From Girardia tigrina (taxonomy: Eukaryota): a stretch of DNA of 64,000 nucleotides. The stretch is taken from the NCBI GenBank assembly GCA_001938485.1, contig MQRK01167228.1, positions 1 through 64,000 on the forward strand, written 5' to 3'. The translations under genes were made by a program, and so were the position numbers. Numbering within the stretch: position 1 is the stretch's first letter; each line of letters starts with the position of its first letter. Of this stretch, positions 24,430 to 36,740 are shown piece by piece. The notes below the pieces were generated by a model, which was not told the DNA's origin, searched no databases, and saw nothing but the letters and a program-made list of their open reading frames with translations.

Positions 24430-24800
24430 GTTATGAGCAACGCTTCTAAAATAATTCAATATTGATAAATTATTGCATTCAATAATTATTCCGTTCAATC
24501 CTCTCACTTTTGCTTAAATTTGCGATGAAAATTGTGGGAATTCTTCACCTTCTCTAATGCGCTGCCAAATTAGTTAAACAAAATCTTGATTTATTGATTT
24601 ATCAAACTATAAACAGTTGGGTGATTATAAGCGATATAATTTTGAAACGCACGATGCCAACCTTCTATTGCATTATTTGTGCGTGGTAGATGCGAAAGAA
24701 CGCTGTCATATAATAACAAATATTTTATATTATATACAGGGTTGTCAACTAAGTTTTTTTTCCAATGCATTTGTCGTTGTATTTGGGGATCTATGACCGC
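24430..24800 (-). mobile_element. Mutator (MULE) transposase C-terminal remnant
   Basis: LPRTNNAIEGWHRAF...NHPTVYSLI matches the MULE RTNNxxEGWH motif. Confidence 0.75.
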
Positions 24801-24853
24801 TAAGAAATCCAAATTTGGTGTGCATATTGTATGATTAATACACATTATAACTA

Positions 24854-25267
24854 ACGGATAACATCAAATAGTAGGTGGACATGAAATAGTAGGTGTAATG
24901 AAGTTTTCAAAAAATTTTCCACCTACTATTAAAATAGTAGGTGGAATCAAATAGTAGGTGNNNNNNNNNNNNNNNNNNNNNNNNNNNNNNNNNNNNNNNN
25001 NNNNNNNNNNAAAAAAAGTATTTGTCGGAATCCCAAAAAGAAACTGATCACAGTGATAGTGAAGAAATATTAACTGATGATGCTTTTATTATCTATGATG
25101 AATAAATTCTTATTTTTCCAGTTTAATTCATATTTATTTTTCAAGTTTAAGACAAGTTCAAAACAAAAGCACCAAATAGTAGGTGTAAACCAATATTGGG
25201 CGCCTTTTCAATTTTTTTCCCACCTACTATTAAAATAGTAGGTGTCCTACTATTTCATGTTATCCGT
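24854..25267. mobile_element. TA-flanked MITE with AAATAGTAGGTG subterminal repeats (spans a gap)
   Basis: TIRs ACGGATAACATCAAATAGTAGG / CCTACTATTTCATGTTATCCGT, with repeated AATAGTAGGTG units in both orientations. Confidence 0.75.
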
Positions 25268-25339
25268 TATTAAAAGTTTATTAATATTTATTTCAGTTTA
25301 CATTATAAAAAATGCAATAAATTAAAAATTGTTTATTTA

Positions 25340-26220
25340 GAGTAAAAAACGAATTCTAGAGGAAAACAGATTTGCCGCAACGAGATTCATTGGCCAAGAA
25401 ATTGGAATTAGCCACGAAGCAGTGCGTCAGAATCTCATGAAAATGAACAAACGTTACCTCGCCAACGTGTGGGTTTCACATGTTTTAACAGAAGCTGCTA
25501 AGGAAAAGAGAATGTCTGTGTAGAAAAACTGCTTGCTATGTACCGCAGCAACAATTTCCTGCACCGTATAGTGACTGTGGATGAGATGTGGGTATTCTGT
25601 GAGAATACATCCTCATACACACAAATCTTGACGTGGAAGTGGCGATGAGCCTACTACAGAATCCAAAGGGAGGTTAACTACGAGGAAGCATCTGGCTACC
25701 GTCTCCTGGGATTCGAAAGGTGTGATCTTGATGGATGTGTTAGAAAATACAAAAACAATTACGGCAAAATACTACTGCAGTTTGCTGGAAAAGCTGAAGA
25801 CAGCTATCCTGGTAAAACGACGACGGAAAACCACGGACGGTTTTCTGTACCTTCTTCAGGACAAAACATGTCCATATACGGCACATCTCAGCCAGGGGAA
25901 GATTGCCGAAATGCATCTAAACATCTTGCCACATCTCCTCTATTCGCCGGATCTGGCTCCTTCAGACTACTATCTATTTTCACATATGAAAGGAGCTTTG
26001 AAAGGTTAGAACTGTGCATCTTCTGAGGAGGTTCAGGACAAACTTCAGGAGTGGTTGAACACCAAGGCCGGATCCTTCTTCGAGAATGGTATCAATAAGT
26101 TGCCAGGACGTTGGCAACGTTGCATTGACAATAATGGCTGCTATTTTGAACACTTGGCTGATGATGATGATACTTAATTTGTTATTCTGATATAAATATT
26201 TTGCCGTCTCAAACAGTTAA
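25340..26220 (+). mobile_element. mariner transposase pseudogene
   Basis: WVSHVL, IVTVDEMWV, LYSPDLAPSDYYLF and LPGRWQRCIDNNGCYFE, with stops and frameshifts. Confidence 0.88.
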
Positions 26221-26609
26221 ACTCTTCCTATGATTCTGTTTCCAGGTGAAGAATGTATTTTAAAATGAATCTAGAAAATTTCGCGGCACCAGAACAAATT
26301 TTAATGAAAAAATGCTAAGACTTTAGATAACAATTAGACAGAAAACCTTCATGGCAAGTACATGTTGCTCAAGATATAGCACAGGGACGTATTGACGTGA
26401 CTGTAGAGCGCTTTGAGCAGATTTCACTTTGGAATTAGCGCTTTATAAGAACCCAAATTATTATTATTATAAAAATAAAGTGCTAAAAATACCCACACCT
26501 TCGTAGCCCCTTAGAGCCATTATTCTCACTAAGTCGAAAACAAGTTTTTCACCTAAATTTGCATTATGGCCTCCCCTCCCAAGAACAAAATCGTATGCAC
26601 GTCCCTGCA

Positions 26610-29600
26610 GGGAAGGGATGTACACATGATGGACCATCAGGACGCACCGAGACAGTGCGAAAAGCACCGTCTATCCACGATCGAGATGACATCTTGGTCA
26701 AGTGAACGGGTGTTCACTCTCAGAAGGATCAGCAGTTCGTACTAGCAGATATGTACTAGCATCCGTAAGGGATTTCAGAGGAATGAAAATGTTGCGAAAC
26801 AAGTAAGTCAGCTTGGACAAGAGGAAAATAAGGAATGCCTGAATCTGTTGCAACGGATGGAGAGTGGAATCAGCCACCAGACCCAACTCCAAGATGACCT
26901 TGTCAAAGGTGTGGTCAGGTGAAATCCGTAGCCTGCGAATAAAAACACAACCTAAGACAAGACCTCTCCCATCAAGTGGAATATGTTGGATAGGTTCACC
27001 AACAACAGATAGTGATTTTTCAGCACGTAATGACAATTCAAGGACTGAGCACTTATTAGGACGCAGTTTCATGTCCATGGGTCTAATGAAGGTAGAAAAA
27101 GCATCAGTTAAGACTTGCAAGTAGCGAGGATTGGATGATAATAACATTACATCATTTGCTTAAGCCAGGCACTTGATAAGATGCGCATTGTGTGACAATC
27201 GACTATAAGGAAGGCGGTCGAGATAGTTGAGAACGGGATTAATGCCAACACAGAAGAGTGTCATGAAGAGGGACAGCCCTGACGAACCACTCGAATCGCA
27301 GGAATAGAGTCAATAAAGACATCGTCGAATGTGTAAGATGAGATGCAGTCTTTATATAATTGACCCAAGAGTCTCGTGGATGTTTGAGAAGCTCCCATCA
27401 AAGAAAGAAAATCCAGATGTGCTCACTGAAGGTGGAATTGAAGACGTTCTCGGCATCAAAGAAGCCAAAAAATACAGATTTCTTCATTACCTGTCTGTAT
27501 AATAGGAAAATGGCACGTAATGTGCTCTGCACATCCATTCATGGGGTCCATACATGTCTACAGAGGGTGAAGGAGCCCATTCTGATTAATCCAGTACATC
27601 AATTGTTTGCACAACAAGGAGGTAAGGATCTTTTATAAACACTCCTGGAGTGCAATAGGATGCCAACTAGCTGGATCAGGATAGTGACCTTGTTTATTGG
27701 GTTTAGGGATTAGCAAGGTGTGAAAGAGCTTTCAAAAACGGGGTTCTTTACCTCTTTCAATAATACAATTAATAAGTTCTGCCACAAGAGATCCATCAGG
27801 GTCGCTAAAGAAAATGTCTCGATAAGTGATGTTCGACGGACCAGGGGACGACATTGGTTTCCCTTTCAGACATTCAACGATTTCTGAGGGCAAGACAGGC
27901 CGAAAAGAAAAGGAAGGGTCAGTCTTAGCATACTCCTTAAGTTCAGGTAACTTCGTAAAGGGCGTATCCAGAATGTTGACAAATAAGAACTTCTGAGGTC
28001 ATCCTCAGATGGAGCACACTCAGAAGGGACCTTGTTGATGATAAGTTTTACTGCGGCTCGGCGATTGAATTTATGAAGTTCCGGTAAAATGCGATCATTC
28101 TTGCGGTCTCTAACATTGCCAAGGAAGACAGCATGTGGCTTGATGGGTCTCAGCGAAGAGATATAATCGTGGATCACATGCAGGAATGCATTAATTGGAA
28201 AGTCCCGATGAGCATCTCGGACAGAGTAGGCCTTGTCAATACGAGTAGCGACAGTTAATGTATTTGTTATGTTGCGAGCTTTCTGCTGTTTTTTGGTGCG
28301 TGGAATTTCTTTCTGGGCAAAAGCCAGGGTATGATTGATTCACTAATCTTAAGACAATCAACGCTCAAAAAGGATGCTCCATTAACAATTGACCGCATGT
28401 ATCCACAAATCAACGGTCCAGGATCGGTAAGCTTGTTAGAGATCATGTGTGGAGGCTGGTCAGATGAAATGGAAATCTTGTGTTGAGGAGCATAGATTTT
28501 CAAGACCAGCACACCCATATGATGACAAGCTAAGGAAAGTGTAGAGTCGGTACTACAATCAGCCGGGTCAATAAGATTGAAGCTTCTCTTGTCCATGTTC
28601 AGGTGGAAGAGAATCCAGTGATGGTTGAGAAAGTATGTAGGGAACAAGACATGGTGGAAGTACATAGCTTCCATAAAACCACAAAGGAACGCCCTAGCAA
28701 TATGTGGGGAAATGCAGAGGACGCGCTTACAATCAATAAACTTTCTGCAATAGATGTCAATACACTAGTCGTCAAAGGCCAGAAAGTTTAGAAGATTATT
28801 GTAATTTGCCGGACCACCACCTTTCAATTCAGTGCCAGTTTTAGCCTTGTGTTGGATGGAGTAACAGAGGTGACATACCGCTTATGGATTCAGAAAATCA
28901 AGGGGTTCGTAGTGCGCAAAAGCAAAGGCAAAACAACAAACGAAAGGCTCACAGGCGTATCCATTGAACTGGTATGGATGTGGTTTTGCAAACAAGTTGG
29001 GGTCAGAGAGACTCTTAAGACGATAAAATCTCTTCAGATATTCAATAAGCCGATTCTGGGTCGAGGAAATCAAGCCACTAAGTCCATCCAGTCCTGAAGT
29101 CAGAGTATAGCAACGCCCAGTGAGATTTATCCAGGTTCATTGGGCAAAGAAGGGTAGTTGCTGTGGACAGAAGATTATCATCAAGAAGCAAGTCTATAGC
29201 ATCTGGGGACAAGTATAGATGTGGGCATGTTTTAAAATTTTCTGAACGTTTAAACGTTTAATCTTCGTTTAGCGTAATGAACGTTTAAAAAACGTTTAAA
29301 CAATTTCTAACTTGATTATACGAAGAAATTAGTTTGCGTTTTGAGGGAACTCACACAATATTTACAACATACAATTAGGATTATCTTTCACTCAATCTGA
29401 ATAAACTTTAATAACATAAATGCATTGAAAACATTTAATACGAATGTAAATTATTTTCAATTGCCATGAAAATTGCCCAGAAAAACGAACCACGAAGGAA
29501 ATACAAATATTACATAAAACATCGATCTATAGAAAGCTAGTGTGATGAAGCTTTACAAAGGTATTTACTACCGCAATCTTTGGTGTTAGTACTAATAATT

Positions 29601-32600
29601 TTTGTTTACCAAAAACTAAACAATCATAATATATTAAACATAAATTTGAGTATTTAACATAAATTAATTCAGATAATAATATATATCAAGCATCTAATAT
29701 AATCCCAAATCAACACTCAAATTAACATTGAAACACAAAACATCATCAATTGTTTTCATTAACGAATTCTTCCTCCATAAATTTCTATGTTTTACTGGTG
29801 CAACCGGTTCCATTTTACTTTTTGCGAAATTGAAAAGCTTGATTTAATAATTATACATTTATTAAATTTAACTGCTTAATAAATGGAATCACAATATTGT
29901 TTTATTACTACCATTCAAAATTCTTTTTCTTGGAAAATAGTATCAAAGATTCAAATAATAAAAATAATTCAATCATCAAAAAGTTAAAATTCGCAGTATA
30001 ATTTTATATATTATAACACGCTTTTACACGAATTATCAAAGGACGTGATAGTCAGCCTCTAGGATATTGATGTTGTTACCGCTAGTCACGATCGTACCGT
30101 TATTGATATCTTGATCATCTTTATCTATTTCGACAGAATTTTCCAGAAAGATATTCATAAATGGATCGAATCCCTTGTCATGATTCTCTTCACTTGACGA
30201 TTCTCGTTCAATTTCACAAATTGCGATGAAGAAACTACAGAAAATATAAATAAATCTTACAGATTATTTTCTTGTCCATATATCTACAATTATGAACAAT
30301 TAATAAGAGAAAAAAATATCGCTGTCAATCTTTGTTACTTTTTCAGTTCTGTTGAATGTACGCAATTCATTTTCTAACGTTTTTACATTATTTATGTTTT
30401 ATTTATGATATGTATTAATTATTTTATAACTATTATAATCATAAATAAAAAATCAATCAAAATATTTGGAGCGGAAAATTGTTCATTAACCGAACAATTT
30501 GCCAAAATTTGGGGTAGAAATAAATTTTAATTAAATTAAATAAAAACTTAAAATAAAGTAAATTAAATAGATAATTAAATTAGATTAAATTAAAGAAAAA
30601 ATTATTTAATAAAAATATATATATTAATTAAATATTGAAACCACCACTTTTGTGATGCTACTTTTTTGCCCAATGCAAATTGTTGACGTTTTTCTTTTTT
30701 TGTCTTCACGTTCAACTACTATTCATCTCGGATCGCTTTCGCTCTAATTTGTCATATCAAGTCTGATCGATGTAAATGATGAACTCGTAGAAATTGCGAG
30801 AAACAAAAAGAAGTTGTTAGAACAAACATTGATTAATGTTCTATATGATCATTTATTTGAATTTCTTTGTTTCATTTAAATGGATCAATTGCGTGATTTT
30901 GACTTATTAGACTTTGCATTGTTTCCAAGAAATTAAGAACCATAAATAATCTACAAGATTCCGAAATAAGCTTTAATTTACGATGATAGAAGAAATAAAG
31001 ATGTATTTATTTTACAAAATCAAACTTCCAAACAAGACGAATATTTTGCTGGCCTTATCAAATAGAATCAACAATTAACAAAAAAATACTTATTATTCTA
31101 ATTACAGAGAAAATAATAAGCCAAATCCACAATTACAATCATCCTTATTTCAAGTTATATATTGACATTATCTGTAAAAGAAACTAATTGTATATGAACG
31201 TTAATCCCTCGACCAAAAAAACGAATTCTTACTAAACAATGAACCAATTCACAGTTCCAATTGTTCATTTCCTTTTTTTAAAAAAAATGTAAATATTATT
31301 GTAAATTTAATTAATATAATTTTTTATTGATTATTTGAATTTCATTTTTTGAAAGAATTAATAAATGCGAATTTTAACTTTTATTTCATTTTTTTTGTGA
31401 TAAGAAGAATTATTTTTTTAATTTATAAAAAAATAATTTCGTCAATAAAACTAATTATTTTATCGTTTTAAAATCGTGGAAAATGTGTAATTATAACTGC
31501 TATTACTTTTCACTTATTTGATTCAAATGAATTTATTTTATTGTGCTGAATTAAAGCAGAATTTTCAATTTTAAAATGAAAAACCTTTTTAATGCCATTT
31601 AAATATATTTTTATATACGTAAAACCAATCATAAAATTTCAAAAAAAAGTATAACCCATGTCGTGAGTTTTGAAATTCGAAATTAAGAATTACCCGCTCG
31701 TTTATAAATCTCTAAATGTTTAAACGCCTTAAAAAACGAAAACGTTTAAACAGTCGTTTAAATGCTAAACGTGCCCACCTCTAGACAAGTAAGACTGAAC
31801 AAAATCTGATGAGATAGTAATGACATTTGCCACATTAATAAAAGTATTGAAAAAGAATTCAATGTCATCACTATAAAACTCAGTCTTTCTGGATGTAGTA
31901 GGAGGATCAGGAAGGTCATCAGACAGCGCCAGAATGTCATGTGGCAGAATGTCTGATGACCCGAACCGACAATCATTTTCTCCAGAGGAGATCTTGGAGA
32001 GAGCACGGTGAATGCAGGGCTCCGAGTATTGGTCGAGATGGTACTACCAGGGTCAGACGCAACGCTCTCAGTGTGGCGAAGTTCAATATTATTCGAGTCT
32101 GGTTCCACTTCATTCAGCCTCTCGGCACCTTGCAATAGAAAAGCCTCAAGACGGGGACTCGCTTTAATGTTCTCAGGAGGGCTGGCATCCTTAAAGAAAT
32201 TTCTTGGGTCCACAAGGGCTTGATCATATCTAGATTTTGAGAATTAGAGACCGTTAACCGCTTAAGGACTTTGTTCTCAAAATTGCTTTTGTAGTTTGGC
32301 TGCTTCAATTATTTATCGATAAATGCATGCACAGTCGGATCCTCAATAGGCGTGGTAACACAGCGCTCCAAAGAATTTCGAGATGAGCTCGATCGGTAGT
32401 GGTTCTAAACTGCTTCGAGAATTGCTGCTTTATTGTGCAGTTCATCGGCTATTTGTTTAGCTTATGCATCCAAGTCTACCTCAGGTTGTTCCGAAACAGA
32501 AGGGAGGATTACCTTTTGGCGCGGCAAAGGAAGATAAATAGACAGTGGTAGCGTAGTAATTGTCGGAGGTGGTGTAATATGAGTGACTGCTTGGGGTAGC

Positions 32601-32830
32601 ACATTGGTGTCATTTGAAGGCGGGACAATGACTCAGGTATGGGCTCTATAACCTCTTCAACTTTCCTGATAACCTCATCCAAACAGGCATTGTGAGTGGA
32701 TTTAGACAGAGAAGCAACAGTCAGGTAAATAACCGGCGTCAAGATGGTGAACTGGTTCGGGGACTTCAAATACAACTTCGTCAGGTTTGCTGATGGAACG
32801 CAGGGGATGGACAGTTTCCAACCATCAGCC
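26610..32830 (-). mobile_element. NeSL/R2-type (REL-class) non-LTR retrotransposon with Ulp1-like protease domain, decayed and split by a hAT insertion
   Basis: HHWILF...NLIDP...TDPGPLICGY (C48 protease-like), FNRRAAVKLI, SPGPSNITY, LRPNKCSVL, LHPLQQIQA. Many stops. 3' endonuclease region not seen. Confidence 0.78.
29216..31783. mobile_element. Non-autonomous hAT element (2568 bp)
   Basis: Perfect 8-bp TSD GACAAGTA (29208-29215, 31784-31791). TIRs TAGATGTGGGCATGTTT / AAACGTGCCCACCTCTA. Subterminal AACGTTTAAA repeats. No transposase recognised inside. Confidence 0.9.
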
Positions 32831-34339
32831 AAAATATATATTAACGAAAAAAAACATAAAAATAAAAAGATGACAATGCTATCACAGAGTGAAGAATAAA
32901 TAATAATGAAATAGGGAGAAATAACAAATAAAAATTAGTTACTTTGGTCCCAGAACAGATATTGAATACTATCGGATTATAAATTATTGATATGATCTTC
33001 AAATAGTTGTGGAAAATTTTTTTGGGACTGTTTGTTCCAGGACAATGAACAATCTTATCGTACAATAAAACAAAGAAATGTTTCTGTTTAAAGCAAAAGC
33101 ATCAGCGAAATAAGTTTTAGCTAATAGTCTTTTCAGGAATTGTTGTAAATAAATGATCTTAGACTGATGTACAATAAAAAATGACTGGAACGTTATCACA
33201 GATTAATAATTAACGTTAATAATATAAATTATTTGCGTTTATTAAAATCGATTTTGTATTTTAAATTCCAAATTTCTTTTCGAATACTCCATAAAAACAT
33301 TATTATCGCTATGGAATATATAAAATCCCATATATAATTACTATAACTATTATAGTCAATTCTCGGCCAGCCAAAAATAAAAATAAAATAAATAAATGAA
33401 TATAAAAATAAAAATGAATACAAAAAAGTGAATAAATAATATGACATGCATGAGAAAGAAAAAGAATACATCACAAAAGGAAAATATAAGAAATGGCTCA
33501 AACTACAACAAAAAGATAAATAAGCGTCTAAATGTACAATTGAATAAAAATGAATAAATAAGTATTATATAAATTTAATTATAAATAAAACAAAATCAAA
33601 GGACTACGAAGAGAAAACGACTAAATTGTTGACGTCAAAAAAACATTTGTATGTGGAAATAGTGGGTACACCACATACCATCTGGAAACATTATTAATTT
33701 ATCATTTTCATTGTACTATTCAGTGACCATGCAGAAATCTCTTATGCTGTGAATGATAGAAAAGAAGAGTCAACCACACAAGAAAACCCAAATGAAAATA
33801 TGTACGACATTGGTGCACATGTCAGTGCATCTTCTATTCCATTTGATTTAAAATTAAAGATTCTCCTAAACACAATAGTTTTTAAAAATACGATTTTAAA
33901 AAAGATTAAACTTGTAAAGGGTGTTTTCGATTTCTTTGAATAGAAGATATTCACCATAGTTTTGTTATTCAATAATTAAAAAGGTACATTTTGAAAATAA
34001 TGTGTCCCTTTTTTAACCAAAAATTCATTGAAGTGTTAATGGGACATTAATAAAATTAGAATTTATAAACTACAGTTATGATTATGTAGCTGCTAGAAGT
34101 CATTCGACATTGCTATGGCACAAAGAAGCAACTGTTGATGTGATACATATTATTACCATTAACAAATATCCCGAAAAAATATAATTAGTTAAATAGATTC
34201 TGCAGCACAGGCAACTAAAAATTCTAATCAAATAAAACTAGATTCAATTTTTTTCTTTACAAAATATAATAAGTAGAAATTATTAAAAAAATATTTTTAA
34301 ACAATTTTTACTTTAATAATTTTACATTCACAATTTAAT

Positions 34340-36405
34340 AAAGATTATCCGAGTAATCCGCTACCCAGGATTGTTGAATCGAGGTAGAGTAAGGCTACCG
34401 TATGACCACGCTCCAGCTCATACATCATGAAGGCTGCTCGACGGCTGTGCTGAGCATAACTTTCTCATTAGGACGATCCTGGACAAGTACGTTTCATTGA
34501 TAGATGGGGTACAGTTTCATGCCACTATGCTGGACAATGCTGATGCATTCGGTTCAGTTTAAATGAAGATTATTCTGAAACTGTTGAGAAGGATGGGTGT
34601 AGGAAAGGATTCCTGTGACCTGATTTGGCAGCTGTACAAGGACTGCTCGTCTGCATAAAAGTGAGACATCACGGAGACGAAACAGATCCCAAACTTGGTA
34701 AGGGTTTCCTCTCTTCATGTTGCTGTTTAACATCACTATTAATCCTGTTCTAATGGACTTGGACAAGGTCTTATTATAGCAAATCACCACGTTAGTTGCT
34801 TAACATATGCAAACGACTTGGTCCTGTTAGCCAATAATCAGGAGAGAATGCAGGCAATGGTTGACAGAGCAGTAGAGCTTGCCGACATCTTAGGTATCAA
34901 ATTCCGCCCATCAAAGTGTGCGCAAATTACTATTCCATATAGAGAAAACAACAGAATTCAAATATATGGAAGCGTGATACCTGAGATAGAGGAGTGTGAT
35001 TTTGTGGTTTATTTGGGGGGTCACTTTTCAGAGAGCATCAGAGACGTCCACTTTAGAAAAGCTTACGGCAGTGCCATAAGAAACTAGGCAGTTAGCAGAA
35101 TCTGTTTTGTTTCCGTGGCAAAATCTGCAAGCCTATATGATATATTTGCACTCCAAGTTAATCTTCGCCTTCAGAATCTTTTATATTCCGTATGGGATTC
35201 TGGATGGCAAGAGCCACAGTTTCGACAATATGATCAGACTGTTGCTCAAGAAGGTGCTTGGATTGTCCAAAATGCATCTAATGCATATCTATACACGCCG
35301 AGAGAAAATGGGGGGGTCGGGATTAAATCAGTGCTCGATGAGTACTTTACTATGGACGCTGCGGTCTTCTCCACCCAGAGAGGTGCAACAGATTCTAAAA
35401 AGTGGAACTTATTGTCAATTGAGACAGCATTGGACTAGCTCAACGCAGGAACCACTTCGTGGAAGATCAAGAACTGGTGGGCGAAGATCAAGTTCGTCAT
35501 ACATAAGATTAAGAAACTGCACCGAATTGATGTGAATCTGGTGCAAAATAAACAAGGAATATGTCTCCATCTCCACCAATCCATTGTATCGGAAAGGAAT
35601 TTTACTAATGGGGAGACGGAGACTATAAGAGATGAAAGGGACGAGAACATACTGCTCACGTTCCTCCTGAAGGACAGTGTGTCCAGTACTTTAAGAAGAC
35701 TGGTAGAGAAATCCTGCACAGACAATTGAACGAAACAAAGCAGTGCCGGTCGATTTGCGGCATTAGCATTAATATATTGACAACCCTAAAGATCCCACCA
35801 AAGATGATACTACAAATTGCAATCGGCTGCTCTGTATCAAATGTTAAGTACTCGGCAGCATAATGGATGTATCAATGGGACGGTGTGATCCTTAGTGTGA
35901 CTCAGAGAATAAGAAAGATAGTGATAGAGGACATAGAAGAAGCTCAGGAATTAATGTTCATGATGGAGGAAAGAGATTATGATCATGCAGAGCCTAAGGA
36001 CACCAAGGATTTTGATCCAGCCGCCCTGGATGCACTCCTACAGTCATACAACTTTAAGATTCGAGCGCAATAGGGGGGGTGAAGAAGATCAAGTCAAGGA
36101 TGTCGAATCATCTGACGACGAAACGCAAGTCTCCCTCACATATAAGAGGCGGGTTAGAGACTCGTCTGACGATGAAAACAACCCATCATGGGAGGAAGAA
36201 TTATCCTCCGATGATGAGTTAATAAGGTGGTGAGTAGAAGTATCGGGCTTGGCGGAAACGATCACTCAATTAAAGGGTGCGGAGGGGACCGCGAGTAAAG
36301 AACCCCCGTGAAAACCAGGGAACATGTTGAAGACGGCTTCGGCCCGAAATATGGTGCGATGAATTAATATAACAACTGGGCACTTTTGCTCACAGACAAA
36401 AAAAA
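34340..36405 (+). mobile_element. Second NeSL/R2-type non-LTR element, 5'-truncated, with structured 3' end and A tail
   Basis: LTYANDLVLLA, IKFRPSKCA, LFPWQNLQAY, YLYTPRENGGVGI. GC-richer 3' region ends in an A run at about 36398-36405. Confidence 0.75.
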
Positions 36406-36419
36406 CAACAAATTAAGGA

Positions 36420-36740
36420 ACCGCAAGGAATCGAAGCCATTCCCCACCAAGCGTATAGCCTGGACCTTCCCCTGCTGATTATTATCTGTTTGGTCTCTCT
36501 CATTTTTTTACAAAAGAGACGCTTTGTTTCAGAAGAAGAGGTCAAAACTGAAGTGGCCGAATTTTTTACCTCTAAGGCTAAGGCTTGGTATCGCCATGGG
36601 ATTGAGCAATTGACAGAAAGATTGTTTCAAGTCATTGAAAATGATGGACTATATTTCGAGGAATAATTCTGTTAGTGTCATAAAAATTTGTACAAACATA
36701 ATAGTCGCATAAAAACATTAATAACTTTATAGCTAACTAA
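36420..36740 (+). mobile_element. mariner 3' remnant
   Basis: YSLDLPPADYYLF...WYRHGIEQLTERLFQVIENDGLYFEE*. Confidence 0.8.

Noticed and set aside
24860-25260. CRISPR-like array of AATAGTAGGTG repeats
   Set aside because: Repeats are short, irregularly spaced, in both orientations and inside TIRs; eukaryotic context with no cas genes.
26382-26607. hAT MITE with CAGGGACGT/ACGTCCCTG ends
   Set aside because: Only a 9-bp match and no TSD.
32841-33972. Short hydrophobic ORFs in AT-rich DNA (also 233-570, 48585-49155, 61565-62169)
   Set aside because: F/I/L/K-rich composition is expected from AT bias; no motifs.
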